DNA of 64,000 bases from Macrostomum lignano (GCA_002269645.1 NIVC01001010.1:1-64000); one strand, 5' to 3'. Counted from the first letter of the stretch, positions 13,201 to 26,300 are shown. The notes: generated by a model from the letters alone, not told the origin. Made by a program: numbers and translations.

Positions 13201-13307
13201 AAAACTCTGAATTTCCGCAGCATAATTTGAGCAAATCGCGGCAGCAGAAGCTGAAAGCGAATTCGCGAGGCCATGGTGCACTCGGACAGCCGGGTTCCCG
13301 GAGCTGA
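7244..13307 (+). CDS. Uncharacterised Pro/Gln-rich protein with a short predicted coiled coil; exons 7244-8083, 8937-9221, 9908-10171, 12092-12145, 12222-12320, 13221-13307 (about 540 aa; the start may lie further upstream)
   Basis: GC-rich open blocks. All five introns have GT..AG ends and join in phase 0, ending at TGA 13305-13307. No recognised domain. Confidence 0.7.
8131..8900. repeat. Intronic minisatellite, 16-18 bp (CCCTCTGTAGCTGACA / CCCTCTGTAGCTGGCGCC)
   Basis: Direct tandem repetition. It accounts for the repeat ORFs at 7793-8921 (-). Confidence 0.97.
9211..9700. repeat. 23-bp triplication of a splice donor followed by an approximately 34-bp composite minisatellite
   Basis: TGCTGATACAGGTATGGTTGGT(A/G) x3 at 9211, 9234 and 9257, then AACCGGAAGTGAGAAG..GACTGGTAA units. 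Confidence 0.9.
10240..10680. repeat. 16-bp minisatellite (TTGTGAACTTTCGATC), about 27 copies
   Basis: Direct tandem repetition. Confidence 0.97.
10975..11860. repeat. 17-19 bp minisatellite (CCCCTGCTAGCCCCTGT)
   Basis: Direct tandem repetition. Confidence 0.97.
12746..13007. repeat. Near-perfect 92-bp inverted repeat with a 78-bp spacer, followed by a (TAATTAGGT)n tract to about 13130
   Basis: 12746-12837 is the reverse complement of 12916-13007, with one mismatch seen. Confidence 0.9.
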
Positions 13308-13391
13308 CCGGGTCGAAATCGACTGACTGCTCAGAGGTTTTTGCTAAGACAGAATCTTATCGATTGGTTCCTGCTTCATCTACGAGTAAAT

Positions 13392-13607
13392 CAGAGGTCG
13401 GCAATCCGGCAATAGCAATCCGGTCCGCTCAAGGTTTGTGTCTCTTCTCAGCTCTCTTCTCTCTCGTCTCCTCTCTCTTCTCTCCTCTCTTCACGTCTCC
13501 TCTCTCCTTCATTCCCTTGTCTCTCCTTTCTCCTATTCCTTTTCTCTCTCCTTTATTCCCTCTCCTCTACCCTCTCCTCTCCCTCTCAAAAAATTTGCCG
13601 ACCCCTG
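13392..13607. mobile_element. hAT-like MITE, about 216 bp
   Basis: TIRs CAGAGGTCGGCAA / TTGCCGACCCCTG, which are hAT-type termini. The TSD is not preserved. A related copy starts at 49072. Confidence 0.65.
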
Positions 13608-14760
13608 ATCTAATTGTTTTGCCCAATAATTGAATCTCAGACAGTTAGATGTGCTTCGGACCAGTTCTCTAGTCTATTGTTTCTCTGCGCCTCAACCATC
13701 CTCATTGCATTTTAATCGAAAAGTTTGCTTTTCCTTACATTTTTTATATTTCCGCTATGTACTACTGTAAAGCAGCGATGCTCAGTCATTTTTTGTGTTT
13801 CTTTGATAGATGTTTAATTTAACTGTTTCTGTTTGCAATAAAATCAGCCATGCCGATTGAATGTTGATTTTCAGCGGTACAGCTGGACACTTTGAGTACG
13901 GTGTATACAATATCAATTATTGTACTTTTAGCTTGTAAAATCGATCTATGAACTGCATTGTCCAGGGTGGAGAACTTTTGGCGAAAATTTGCAAAGAGTG
14001 CAGCTACCTTGCTGCAGCTGAAACTGGAAGGCGGAGCCTTTCATCAGAAAATTCCACACAACCTCTACATTTCACAAGCTGGAAATTTATCTCACAGATG
14101 TCGACGTCGTCATGGATTTTATGGTAGTAGGAGCCGGCCGACAAAGCCAAGAATCCTGAATGAAAAATTCCTATATTAAATTGGCAATCGCGGTGTTGCG
14201 ATTGTTGATTTTTGGCGCAGCAGACACTCACTTTGACCCCTGCAGCTTTAGGCACGATTGTTTTGGCGCCACAGGCAAAAGGGGCCGGTCGCCCCCTTTT
14301 TAATCGGAGAACTGAAAAAAACTCGTACCCAGCGCATTTTCGCCCCCTTGGGTCTTTACTATCCAGAATCGCCCCCCTCCTCAACAAATTTCTTGTTGCG
14401 CCAATGTTCTGTTCATATTGTTTGCTCTATTATATTATCCGGGGACTTTGGGGCATAGACAGAAAGAAACGGAAAGATTTTCAAACTTGGACTGGGCCAT
14501 AGAGTGACCCATCTAGTGTTTTAGTATCTGTGGACCGGGCCAAAGAAATGATAAGCCCGGCCAAAGAAATGAAAAAAGCATTGAACCATAGACAGAAACG
14601 ACATTCTTCGGCCCGCGAGTCAAACTGCATTCGCTTCAGTCTAAGTTCAGTGCAAGTCCTGATTCTCGGCCCGCAAGAAAATGGAATTTGTCTATGGCAC
14701 AAAATGCAAACTGTATTTCATTTTAGTTCTGAGCCTAAAAAAGCGACTGACAAAGTAATA

Positions 14761-16543
14761 CACCATTTTACCCTCGATTTTGAACAATGAGAACTTCGAA
14801 ACTGACAAACTCCTCTTCAATATTGACACTCTATGGTCGGGCACTCAAAATCTACAGTCAATATTGACAGATCAAGCTTCAATTTTGACAAACTCTGGTT
14901 CAATTTTGACAATACACGTTTAGTCAACTTCTCCTGGGAGAATTCGGTAACAAAGTAATCAAATGTAAGCCTGAACGGGGCAAAAGTTATCTGTGCAAAA
15001 TCAGCTGATTCTGACTTTTGGGATCTACAAGTATTGATAAAAAAACATTTCTCCATCTTTTTACACACAGAGACTAAAATAGCCTGACTGGTTGGGCCGC
15101 AAAGTCCGATTCTATTTTGACAGAGTTGTTTCAAAACTGACACTCTATGGTTTGTGTACCCAAAACTCCGCTTCATTTTTGACAACTCCTAATCAATATT
15201 GAACAGTTTACAATCAATTTTGACTTTTTGCTTAAGATTTTGACAATTCTAACTAAGAACCCTTAAGCTTGGAAATTTCGAGGCAGTCTTTTGTCTATGG
15301 CAGTTTGTTTTTTGTCCATGTCTTGAGGCAGCCTGTACCTCGAATCTAATTGGCTACGTTTCAGTTTTTATCATAGATGGTTGGTCAGACCAACGTATGC
15401 ACATCTTGTCACGGAGGAATTCAAAAGAGCAGGAAAGCAGTTCTCGCTCTGCTCGTGTTTGTCACTTTTAATCGCTAATCTGAAGCACTTATTTAGTCGG
15501 GAGGATTGATAGCGACGCCACTTAAGGTTTTTTGAAGAGGAGCAGAAACAGCCTGGCCGCCGCGAAAATCGGTCTGTGTCCTTCCAGGACCGACAGCGCC
15601 TGATTTCTGCTTATGAGAACCGAGACGACTTTGTGCACCTGGTGAATCAGTTGGGGATAAAGAGGAGGAGGACCATGGCACATGAAATCGTGCAGGGGGT
15701 GCCGCAAGCTCCCGCCGCCCATGTCCAGATACTTAACTTAGAAATCTAACAAATGCGTGTTATTAAAAATACAAGTACAATACTTCTTTTGAATCTTTAA
15801 CAATGCTACGTGTTTACGGCTTTTTTTCTGAAACATACACAACCAAGAACAGAAGTAATAAGGTAGCAGTCAAAACTGATTGTAAACTGTTCAATACTGG
15901 GCCGCATGAATAAAAAAAAGAAATTTTTTTCTTGCAAGAAATCCAAGAATTTTTTGCGTTTATAAGAATAAAAAACTGCGAGTTTCTTGCAAGATTTTCT
16001 CGCCAAGAATTTTAAACCATTAACAGGGCTACATGTTTATAGTATTTTTCTAAAACAAACACAAATGTAATAAAGTGGCAGTCAAAATTGATTGTAAACT
16101 GTTCAATATTGATTAGGAGTTGTCAAAAATGAAGCGGAGTTTTGGGGTACACAAACCATAGAGTGTCAGTTTTGAAACAACTCTGTCAAAATAGAATCGG
16201 ACTTTGCGGCCCAACCAGTCAGGCTATTTTAGTCTCTGTGTGTAAAAAGATGGAGAAATTTTTTTATCAATACTTGTAGATCTCAAAAGTCAGAATCAGC
16301 TGATTTTGCACAGATAACTTTTGCCCCGTTCAGGCTTACATTTGATTACTTTGTTACCGAATTCTCCCAGTAGAAGTTGACTAAACGTGTATTGTCAAAA
16401 TTGAACCAGAGTTTGTCAAAATTGAAGCTTGATCTATCAATATTGATTGTAGATTTTGAGTGCCCGACCATAGAGTGTCAATATTGAAGAGGAGTTTGTC
16501 AGTTTCGAAGTTCTCCTTGTTCAAAATCGAGAGTAAAATGGTG
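14761..16543. mobile_element. Non-autonomous DNA transposon, about 465-bp TIRs, TA TSD, internal transposase HTH remnant (probably IS630/Tc1/mariner superfamily)
   Basis: TA|CACCATTTTACCCTCGATTTTGAACAA ... TTGTTCAAAATCGAGAGTAAAATGGTG|TA. 15531-15740 (+) reads SFQDRQRLISAYENRDDFVHLVNQLGIKRRRTMAHEIV. Confidence 0.85.
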
Positions 16544-16695
16544 TAATTAGTCTAACTTTTTATTAAAATTTCTGTTAGGCGACATTCAATGTGTTACCGG
16601 TCACCAGAGGACAGAGTCGGTTCAGATGAGGTACACAAAGCGGATCTCACCAGGGAAGAAGCGTCAACTGTCCGATGCTCTGACACTGAATTCTT

Positions 16696-17904
16696 GGGGG
16701 GGGGGGTTTCACAAACTCGAAATTTCACAACGTCGAAAGCACCCTCTTTCATAAGGTCGAAATTTCACAAGGTCGAAATTTCACAACATCGAAAACTTTA
16801 GCAAGAGACTTCATAAGGTCGAAATTTCACAACATCGAAATTTCACAACATCGAAAACTTTGACTTCATAAGGTCGAAATTTCACAAAGTCGAAAACTCA
16901 AATAGCAGCCACTTTCATAAGATCGAAATTTTACAATGTAAAAACTGAGAATTTAGCAGCCTCAAGTATGAAAAGATCAAAATTTTACAATGTTTGGTTC
17001 AGAGAAGTTTTTAATCACCTCTTCTTTAAGTAGTTCAACGTCAAGGAGTGCTGAGTGCTCTGCTAAGTGTCTTATCACTACTGGGACGATGGGTTAGTTT
17101 ACATAAGCTGTAAGTTTAGCTATATAGTTGGGAAGCATTTTGGAATTAGAGCAGTAAAAAGCACCAAAATTTGGTATCAGAAGTATGATAAATTTAGGGG
17201 AAAAGAGAAAAACTTTGAAAAGAGAAAAAAAAGCCCTATAACTTTGGCAATGACTGGTTAGGATAAATTAGACTAAGTGACAAACAGAAAAACACCTACA
17301 ACATATATAGGCCTACTAAACAACAATAGAATATAGAAAAGCCTCGAAGGCTTACAACTATTAAGTCTTCTGCTAGAGTTTTCGATGTTGTGAAATTTCG
17401 ACCTTGCGAAATTTCGACCTTGTGAAAGTGGCTGCTATTTGAGTTTCGATGTTATGAAATTTCGACCTTATGAAAGTGGCTGCTTTTCGAGTTTTCGATG
17501 TTGTGAAATTTCGACCTTATGAAGTCTCTTGCTAAAGTTTTCGATGTTGTGAAATTTCGACCTTGTGAAATTTCGACCTTATGAAAGTGGCTGCTTTTCG
17601 AGTTTTCGATGTTGTGAAATTTCGACCTTGTGAAATTTAGACCTTGTGAAATTTAGACCTTATGAAGTCTCTTGCTAAAGTTTTCGATGTTGTGAAATTT
17701 CGACCTTGTGAAATTTCGACCTTATGAAAGTGGCTGCTTTTCGAGTTTTCGATGTTATGAAATTTCGACCTTGTGAAATTTCGACCTTATGAAGTCTTCT
17801 GCTAGAGTTTTCGATGTTGTGAAATTTCGACCTTGTGAAATTTCGACCTTGTGCAATAATTTGCTTTTCGACGTTGTGAAAGTTCGACCTTGTGAAAGCA
17901 CCCC
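16696..17904. mobile_element. Foldback-like element with TIRs built of 16-bp subrepeats and an 8-bp TSD
   Basis: GAATTCTT at 16688-16695 and 17905-17912. The left arm (about 16700-16990) has AAATTTCACAAGGTCG units; the right arm (about 17380-17900) has the inverse units. Confidence 0.85.
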
Positions 17905-19133
17905 GAATTCTTCACCGCCTGATCCAATCGTTAAACGAGTCACGAGCGAAGTCCCACTTCAATCGCCTGGTTTTAGCGTTGAGCGTGGCAACCTAAATTA
18001 AAAGTATCTGCTGTTGACTGCGAACAAAAAGGACTTTAATGGAGTTCTGCCGACTGCAGTGCTAGAGAAAAACGGATCCCATGTTATATTTTTCCTATAA
18101 GTGAGTACCTCTGAACGCCACTTGGGCATTGAACTACCCTATGTACTGTAAAGACGGCGTGGGTTGCACGACAAGACTTGTATTAAATCGTTACTGTTGT
18201 CCTCTTTGTAATGTTGCACTTTTAACGTTTTAAATACAATCTTTTCGGCTTCGTCTATGGCCCAGCCCGATATCGGGCAGAGAATGGGCCGTTTCTTAAG
18301 CAGTCTTTCCCGCAAAATCAAGCAGGAATATCGCCCCTTGGTGCTGGGCCCCTTTAAGTTACCCCACAAAAGCAAGTCCACACCAACAGTTTTGCATGCG
18401 AGTCCTAAGGCTATGGAACCTTGAAGGAGACATCAATCCATGATCATGGCAGCCTTTAGCTAGCTCGACACGGGTCCAATACAGAAAGATGAGACTCACC
18501 GGCAGATCCCAATACAATGGAACAACACGTACTCAAGGAGTGGTCTAATTTTAGCTTTACATAACATAGACAAATTATATTTGCTTTGAACAGCTGTGAA
18601 CAATAAGTCTGACTGTTTATCTCCTATTTACGAAAATACCTTATTAAAGATATTTATATGCCCATATTTTGCACGCAACTTTTGGTAATAATTTTCCAAA
18701 TATATCGGCATTATTTATTTGGTCCAGCACCAATCAAAAAAGCATGTCAAGAACTGCTGCTGTATCGAAAATTGGCCAGTTTTTAGCCAGTATTTAAAGC
18801 TCTCCGCTCGCTAGATAAGTCAACGCGATCAGAGGTAATAAATAGGACACTGCGTAATATTTCGTAACGTGATTAAATGGCCATTTCGCCGTGAATATTT
18901 AAAACTGCAAAAATTATTCACGTCACGCGGGCCGGTGTCACGCGCTCACGCATAGTCATTACAAAAGGTTAAAGCGGCGTCGCACATATTTTACCACCTA
19001 TTTAATTTCCAAAGTAAACCCTTTAAATTTACACTTTTCGACTTGCTCTGGTATCATTGCAAGGGTCGGGATTAGCCTATATTAGGGATTATAATTACGG
19101 ATTAGGCTACAGCCTACAGTCCAGAGTACAGAT

Positions 19134-19255
19134 GGTTTATGGAATTTTCGTCAACTTTTTTTCGTCAACTTGGTTGACGAATGTTCCAACCCTCATTTCT
19201 GCAGTTGACGAATATTCCAAATCTTCCACTGCCTGTTGACGAAAGTTCCACAGCC
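19134..19255. mobile_element. Tiny MITE-like element, 122 bp, with GG..CC ends and 4-bp AGAT flanks
   Basis: Left GGTTTATGGAATTTTCGTCAAC vs right GTTGACGAAAGTTCCACAGCC. AGAT at 19130-19133 and 19256-19259. Confidence 0.6.
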
Positions 19256-19822
19256 AGATAGGCCCTAGAATATGATGAAATTATGAGATGAAGGTTATTG
19301 ACTGAATGTTTAAATAGACCTTAATTATTAGTCTATAAAGGTTAAGCCATTGGTGTTAAGATAAAGAAAGTGCCATTGTAAAGGACAGTGTATGGGAACT
19401 TGACAATGCCTAATTTGAATAAGCAATAGGGTGGCCTAATAAAAACCTGAAGTTGCTAAACAAAACTGTTGAATAGGCCTAATTTATTTTTTCTTTGTAA
19501 CTTGTAGATATCAAGATATGGGGCCTAATTGTTAGAAAACTTTTTGCTATTTTTTGCATTGTGTGAAATGACATATTATTTTATATACTTATAATAATCA
19601 ATATATCCAATTCTTTTAAGGCTAAGATTAGGCCTTATTAAGCCTTAAACATTATTAGATTTTATTATTTTGCCTAGATTAGGGACTTCATTTTCAGTAA
19701 AATAAATAGAAAATAGAAATGTGACCAAATGAATAAATGTAAAAAAATGTATTTTTTAGTTAAAAAATAACCTAGATAACTAAAAAAGAAAAGTGGGTGA
19801 TATAGCCTAGGAAAAATATTCT

Positions 19823-20125
19823 CATACATGCGCAACCTCCAAAATTCGGTCGGCCATGCGACTTAGTTTTAACAAAAATGCGACATAGTTTTTGGCCAAA
19901 AATGTGACTTACAATTACATGTAAAAAACCCTAACGCAAAATTAACATAACTTTGGGTAAACAGCAAGAGTAACTATGACTGTCTTACTAAGTCAAAATG
20001 CCTCATCAGCTACTTAGTACTACTACATTGGTATTTTTTCGGGTGGGAATTTTTGCAACTTCCTTGGTTGGCCGCCAAATCGGTCGGCCAGATTGGCCAA
20101 ATTGGCCGACTGTTGCGCATGTATG
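19823..20125. mobile_element. hAT-type MITE, 303 bp, 8-bp TSD
   Basis: Perfect 14-bp TIRs CATACATGCGCAAC / GTTGCGCATGTATG. TSD AATATTCT at 19815-19822 and 20126-20133. Confidence 0.85.
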
Positions 20126-20279
20126 AATATTCTTTAGGAAAAATACTTTTTAATAATATAGCACATGATTCATGAATTGATTAGTTGAATAATTGTAAAA
20201 TTAGGCCTATATTTATTTAATTAAACATTCTTTTTAGTAAAAACTAGAAATTGAATCCTACACTTTGGATCATATAATA

Positions 20280-21669
20280 CACCATTATACTCTCAATTTT
20301 GAATAAGAACTTTGAAACTAACCAACTCCTTCAATATTGATACTCTATAGTCGGGCACTCAAAATCTGCAATCAATATTGACAGATCAAGCTTCAATTTT
20401 GACAAACTCTAGTTCAATTTTGACAGTGTACATTAAGTCAATTTTTTATAGGAGAATTATGTAACAAAGTAATCCAATGAAAGCCTTAATAGGACAAAAG
20501 TTATCTATGCAAAATTAGCTCATTCTGACTTTGCTTTCAGGATCTACAAGTATTAATAAAAATGGTTTTTCTCCATCATTTTATACACAGACTTAAATAG
20601 CCTGACTGGTTGGGCCACAAAGTCTAATTCTATTTTGACAGAGTTGCTTCAAAACTGAGATTCTATAGTTTGTATACCCCAAAAGTCTGCTTCATTTTTG
20701 ACAATTCCTTAGCATAATCAATATTGAACAGTTTACAATCAATATTGAACAGTTTACAATCAATTTTGACTAAGAGACTTTTTGACTAAGATTTTAATAG
20801 TTTTAACAAAGAATTGTTAAGCTTGGAAATTTTGAGGCAAGCTTTTGTCTATGGCAGTTTGTTTTTTGTCTATGTCTTGAGGCAGCCTGCGCCTCAAATT
20901 TAATTGGCCACTGCTTCAGTTTTTATCATAGATGGTTGGTCAGACCAACATATACACATCGTGGCACAGAAGAATTCAAAAGAGCATAAAAGCAATTCTT
21001 GATCTGCTTGTGTTTGTCACTTTTAATTGCTAATCTAAAGGACTAATTTATCTAAGATGATTGATGGCAATGCCACTGAAGGTTTTTTGAAGAGGAGCAG
21101 AAACAGTATGCCCACTATAAAAATCAGTCTATATCCTTCTAGGACTGACAGCACCTGATTTCTGCTCATGAGAACCAAGATGACTTTGTGCACCTGGTGA
21201 ATCAGTTAGGGATAAAGAGGATGAGGACCATGGCATACAAAATTGTGCCCGCTATACTACAAGCTCCTACCAGCCACATCCAGATACCTAACCTAACCTA
21301 GAAATCTAACATTTGCATGTTATTAAAAATACAAATACTTGTACAATACTTCTTTTAAACCATTAACAGGGCTACATGTTTATAGTATTTTTCTAAAACA
21401 AACACAAATGTAATAAAGTGGCAGTCAAAATTGATTGTAAACTGTTCAATATTGATTAGAAGTTGTCAAAAATGAAGCAGACTTTTGGGGTAGACAAACC
21501 ATAGTGTCAATTTTGAAGCAACTCTGTCAAAATAGAATTGGACTTTGTAGCCCAACCAGTCAGGCTATTTAAGTCTGTGTGTAAAATGGTAGAGGAAAAC
21601 AATTTTTATCAATACTTTTATATCCCAAAAGCAAAGTTCTCCTTGTTCAAAATTGAGGGTAAAATGGTG
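20280..21669. mobile_element. Second, CpG-decayed copy of the 14761-16543 element, with a deletion in the right TIR
   Basis: TA|CACCATTATACTC ... GAGGGTAAAATGGTG|TA. Colinear with copy 1, with many CG to TG/CA/TA changes. Confidence 0.85.
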
Positions 21670-22299
21670 TATATGTGCAATTAATAAATATATATAGGCA
21701 GTATCCATTTTTTAGACTATTTCAATTTCTTTATGTTCAACTTTGAGATTATTTTTTTTAAGTTTAATTTTACATAGGCAATTTTTTTTAATTTATCTTC
21801 TTTCCTTTAAATATGTACTTTGTACAAAATTTTAGCTATTCCAAACACTTTAATCAAATTGCACATTTATGCACCTAGTTCAACTGCTTTAGACAGCAAA
21901 TTTACTTGTCAAGGGCCAAATGGCACATTTTTAGCACAGTTTTACATTATTATAAATATCTAAAAAGAGCTTAGATGACTGACAATTGTGGCACATTTGT
22001 GGTATAGTATAGTGCACAAGTAAAAAATCTATTTTTGTCATTTAAGCCAAATAGAACAGCTTAGCATAATTATATTTGTGCCAAGCTATGCCACCAATTG
22101 TTGACAACACCAATTTTCTAGATATTTCAACAGTTGTTCTGAGCTCACTCAAATTTATCTTTTGTGCCATTTGATGCATTTAAAATACAATTATTTCCTG
22201 ATAGGAGCCTATCTTAAATAAAATAGCTATAACTATACCTATAAATAAAATATCATCAATCATTGATGATTATGATCCAACTCTATGGCATGTTATTAA

Positions 22300-23103
22300 T
22301 ATAGCTTTTTGCAGCCTATTTGGGCCTACATTCATTGAATTTAATCCAAGATACACTTATAGGTTTGTCAATGCAATGGAGCTTTTGTCTCTAGTAGCAA
22401 GGCTAGCACAGCGGCATTTAATTTGGTCCAAATGCCTGTGAGCTATTTGGCAAATTCTCGCCCTCTCAAAACTATTTTCAGGTTGTTGCATATTGCTAGA
22501 ATATCAGTGTGTCTACCAACAATTTCTAGTCACTTTTCTCAAGCTCTGTCAATAGTCAAAATCTGATAAACATTTGGATCTGTTCCTTCAAAGTTTCAAC
22601 ATATTTATAGATGCTATAAATCATCTTTTCTTTTACATTCAGCAACCTTGCAATGTCCTTTGGGTTCGCAGCTCTGTCGAGTGCTTCGATCACAAGCCAA
22701 TGGCATTTGTTCAACAGCCTAGCATATGGTCCACAATTCTGGGTCTGATCTTCAGGGGCAGCAGAGCCTAATATTTGAGGGGGGCACCGGGCACAGGGCA
22801 AGGGGGGCACATGTACCTTTATAAGCTGCTAATTAGGACCTAAAATCAGAAAAAACACTAAAAATTACCACGTGGACTCATTTTCTGGGGGCCCCTGGTG
22901 CCACAAGCTCCCACCGCTCATGCTGATCTTGCTCTTCCACAGCAGTTGCAAATGAAGCTATGGACCAAATTGATGCTTGTTGGACCAAATTAAATGTCAT
23001 TGTGCCATTCTTGCTACCATAGACAAAAGCTCCATTACATTGACAAACCTATCTTAGATTAGATTCAATGCACATAGGCCCAAATGGGCTGCAAAAAGCT
23101 ATA
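22300..23103 (-). mobile_element. MITE or deleted Tc1-mariner-like element with about 150-bp TIRs and an HTH-like ORF remnant
   Basis: TATAGCTTTTTGCAGCCTATTTGGGCCTA ... TAGGCCCAAATGGGCTGCAAAAAGCTATA. The internal - ORF reads LVIEALDRAANPKDIARLLNVKEKMIYSIYK. Confidence 0.65.
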
Positions 23104-23386
23104 GTTTCAATTTTCTATATTTCCATTTTTTTCTTTTAATTTATTATAATTGTGTTTATACTTTAAACTTCTAATAAAAGATTTCAATGTGAGCTATAGT
23201 TATTATAAAAGTGAATTCTATTTAGGATGAGGTTCTTAAGAGTATGGATTCAAATGTACCTATTTTTTATCATATTAGATATTTTTTAAAAAAAATATGA
23301 GAAAACATTGAATGAAATACAAAGAAATGATAATAACTAAGTTTGTGTAATCTTTCACTAATCTTTCACTAATTTCAGTCTTTGAA

Positions 23387-26300
23387 ATGGCTCCCTCAAC
23401 TTCTACTCAAGCTGAATGCATCAAGTCGTTAATATCAAAATTACAAGACGTTATTAATGCCTATGATGAAGGTAAGATTTTTTGTGTACAATCTTGGGAG
23501 TGTCTGATGGATCTTAAATTGTGTGATTTATATATTTGATTTGCTACCCTATAGTTGGTTGGCAGTCAACTTGCAGTAGTGTGCAAGGTATCGATTAGTT
23601 ATTTCGAATATACTGACCATGAGCATGTATACAGTTGTGTGTGCAACTGCTTACTCATAAATGGTGTGCAGTGGCCCTTGACTTTATCATCATGTTGTAT
23701 GTAACCCATGCTCTACACAATGTTGCTTGAAATCCAAGTCACTGATATTCTGATAATCCAGTCACTGATATTATGATAATCCCATAACTTATAATCCAGT
23801 CTCTGATAATCTAGTCACTGATAATCTAGTCACTGATAATCCAGTCTCTGATAATCCAGGCACTGATAATCCAGTCTCTGATAATCTAGTCACTGATAAT
23901 CCAGTCACTGATAATCCAGTCACTGATAATCCAGTCTCTGATAATCCAGTCAGTGATAATCCAGTCAGTGATAATCCAGTCTCTGATAATCTAGTCACTG
24001 ATAATCCAGTCTCTGATAATCCAGTCACTGATAATCCAGTCACTGATAATCCAGTCACTGATAATCCAGTCTCTGATAATCCAGTCACTGATAATCCAGT
24101 CACTGATAATCCAGTCACTGATAATCCATTCTCTGATAATTCAGTCACTGATAATCCAGTCTCTATAATCCAGTCTCTGATAATCCAGTCTCTGATAATC
24201 CAGTCACTGATAATCCAGTCTCTGATAATCCAGTCTCTGATAATCCAGTCACTGATAATCCAGTCTCTGATAATCCAGTCACTGATAATCCAGTCTCTGA
24301 TAATCCAGTCTCTGATAATCTAGTCTCTGATAATCCAGTCTCCCAATTTCTAGCACCCAATCCGCACTGTCTCCGCCGCTACTCTCGCTTACCGCAGATT
24401 GCCGGCTCCAGGAGCAGCGCCGACAAAGCGAGAAGCTGGAAGAAGAGAGCCGTCATCACTCTGCTCAGGAATCGGCACTAGCAGAGGTGCAGCAGCAGCC
24501 GCAGGCGCGCCAGTCTCTCGCCAGCCTAGACACCTCGATCCCGTCGAGGCTGCCAACAACTCCAGCTAGTGCGCTCTGTCGGCGAAGGCAGCGACGCGGT
24601 CTGCTAGGCCGCCTGCTGCGCCAGTGCCTGCCTGCTGGCAGCGGCGGCGACAGCAACGGCGACAAAAGCGGCGGGTCAAAGATCCAGGTTAGTGTTTGAC
24701 GTTTAATTCACTTTTGTTACTAAGCCGTGCCAAGAGGTGGCATTCACTACTTATGCATGAGCTTTATTGACCCCTCTCTTGGATTGTCCTTGGCTTACGC
24801 TCGTAGTAAGTCCTAATAAAAAGATTAAAAAGATAAAAGGATTGCGGGAAAACCTCGGCGGGCAATTCTTGTGCTCCCGTACACCCTGTGTGAGCGTGTG
24901 TACGAGTGCCTACGTACAGCATTGGCGCTTGTATGTGTTCAGGAGTCAGCTAACAATAATATTATTAATTAGATTCTATTATTAAAACTTCAAAGGTGCC
25001 GCTCGGTTGGGCCTCAGCCGTCACCTTCAACTGGCGTCGTCGCAGTTCAGAAAGCGCCACCGCGGCTGCCGCTGCCGCTGCCGCCGCTTCAACGTCGGCC
25101 ATCGGCAATGCTAAAATTGGCCGCCAGGCTAAGCTACAGAAACGGCTGCGCAAAGGCCTCGGCATTGGCGGACACGAGCCGGTGGTGCTGATCGGCCGGC
25201 GGGCCAGGCACAGCACCATCCTGATGGCGAGGGCGCGTCGGCTACGACGCAGCCTGCCGGCTAAACTCCGTCGCCAGCTGGAAAACCTCGGCGACAGTGA
25301 TGAGGAGGAGGAAGCAACAGATCCAGACGAGGTCAAGGAAGCTGACAGCGCCATGATGCCGCCGCCTGTCTGTATCCCATCATCCTCAGTTGAGACCAAC
25401 GCCGACGTTATTGAAAGCCCCGTCTCCGAGGATCGCGGAGTGCAGCAGCAGGACTCCGAGCAGGTGTCCCTAGTCCTGGCCACACCGCAGCGTCGCGAAC
25501 TGGACGCCGAGGTTCGCAAAATTGAAGAGGAAATAAAAAATGTCCGACAACTGTTGGAGCAGCCGGAGTCCGAATCGCCGCAGATGTCAACTCCGCCGCC
25601 TCCTAGGCCAAGGCGGAGACTGCTGATCACTAGCAGCGGCCTCGATCCAACAGAGGTTGCCCGGCTGAGGCGGCTGTGCGAGGCCCACTCCGGCTGCTGC
25701 GTCTACCAGGCCCGGTTCCAGTTCGATCCCGAACTGCACACTACCCACGTCATCATTAGGGAGAGCTCGTCTATGTCCAGGGTTAGCGAGAGGACGCTCA
25801 AGTATTTCCAGGTAAGCGGTTGCACTGTCCATAGGCCAAAATGGGTCACTTGAAGGTCACTGCAAAGACCGCTTTGGGGCACCCAAACCCTGGCGCAACG
25901 CTATCGACGACATCGTCCCACAATCTATACAAGCGCGCCAAAACTATACGCAGGCACGCGCTCACACAGGGTTTACAGCGGCCCTGGATTTCTAATCGTC
26001 ATGCATGTAACACTGTTTCATCCAATTCTTAATTCTTGAAAGACGAAATCGTCAACTTACTACTTCTCTCATCATGAGTAGTGTAATCAGCGAATAGATA
26101 TGTGTTATTAATTATCTGTGCCTTGGGGGATTAGTTGGTTTTTAATCTATGGCAGAGCCAGCTCTCCAGCTCGCACAGTAATGTCTATGTCCGAACTGCA
26201 TAGCAGGGATTAGACTTACAGACAGAAAGCTGCAGGCAAGGATTGCTGCTCTCAGTTCATCGCAACACCAACAGCAGCAGCAATAACAACAAGAGACACA

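Noticed and set aside
14200-14410. Cluster of TTTTGGCGC (E2F-like) sites as a BRCA1-like promoter
   Set aside because: About 9 kb from the gene, and similar motifs occur at about 5570-5600 in repeat-like DNA; more likely TE-derived.
18135-18235. Possible lost RING exon for BRCT gene A (HDKTCIKSLL and CCPLCN)
   Set aside because: The pieces are in different frames, bounded by stops, with no coherent splice sites and incomplete C3HC4 spacing; probably chance.
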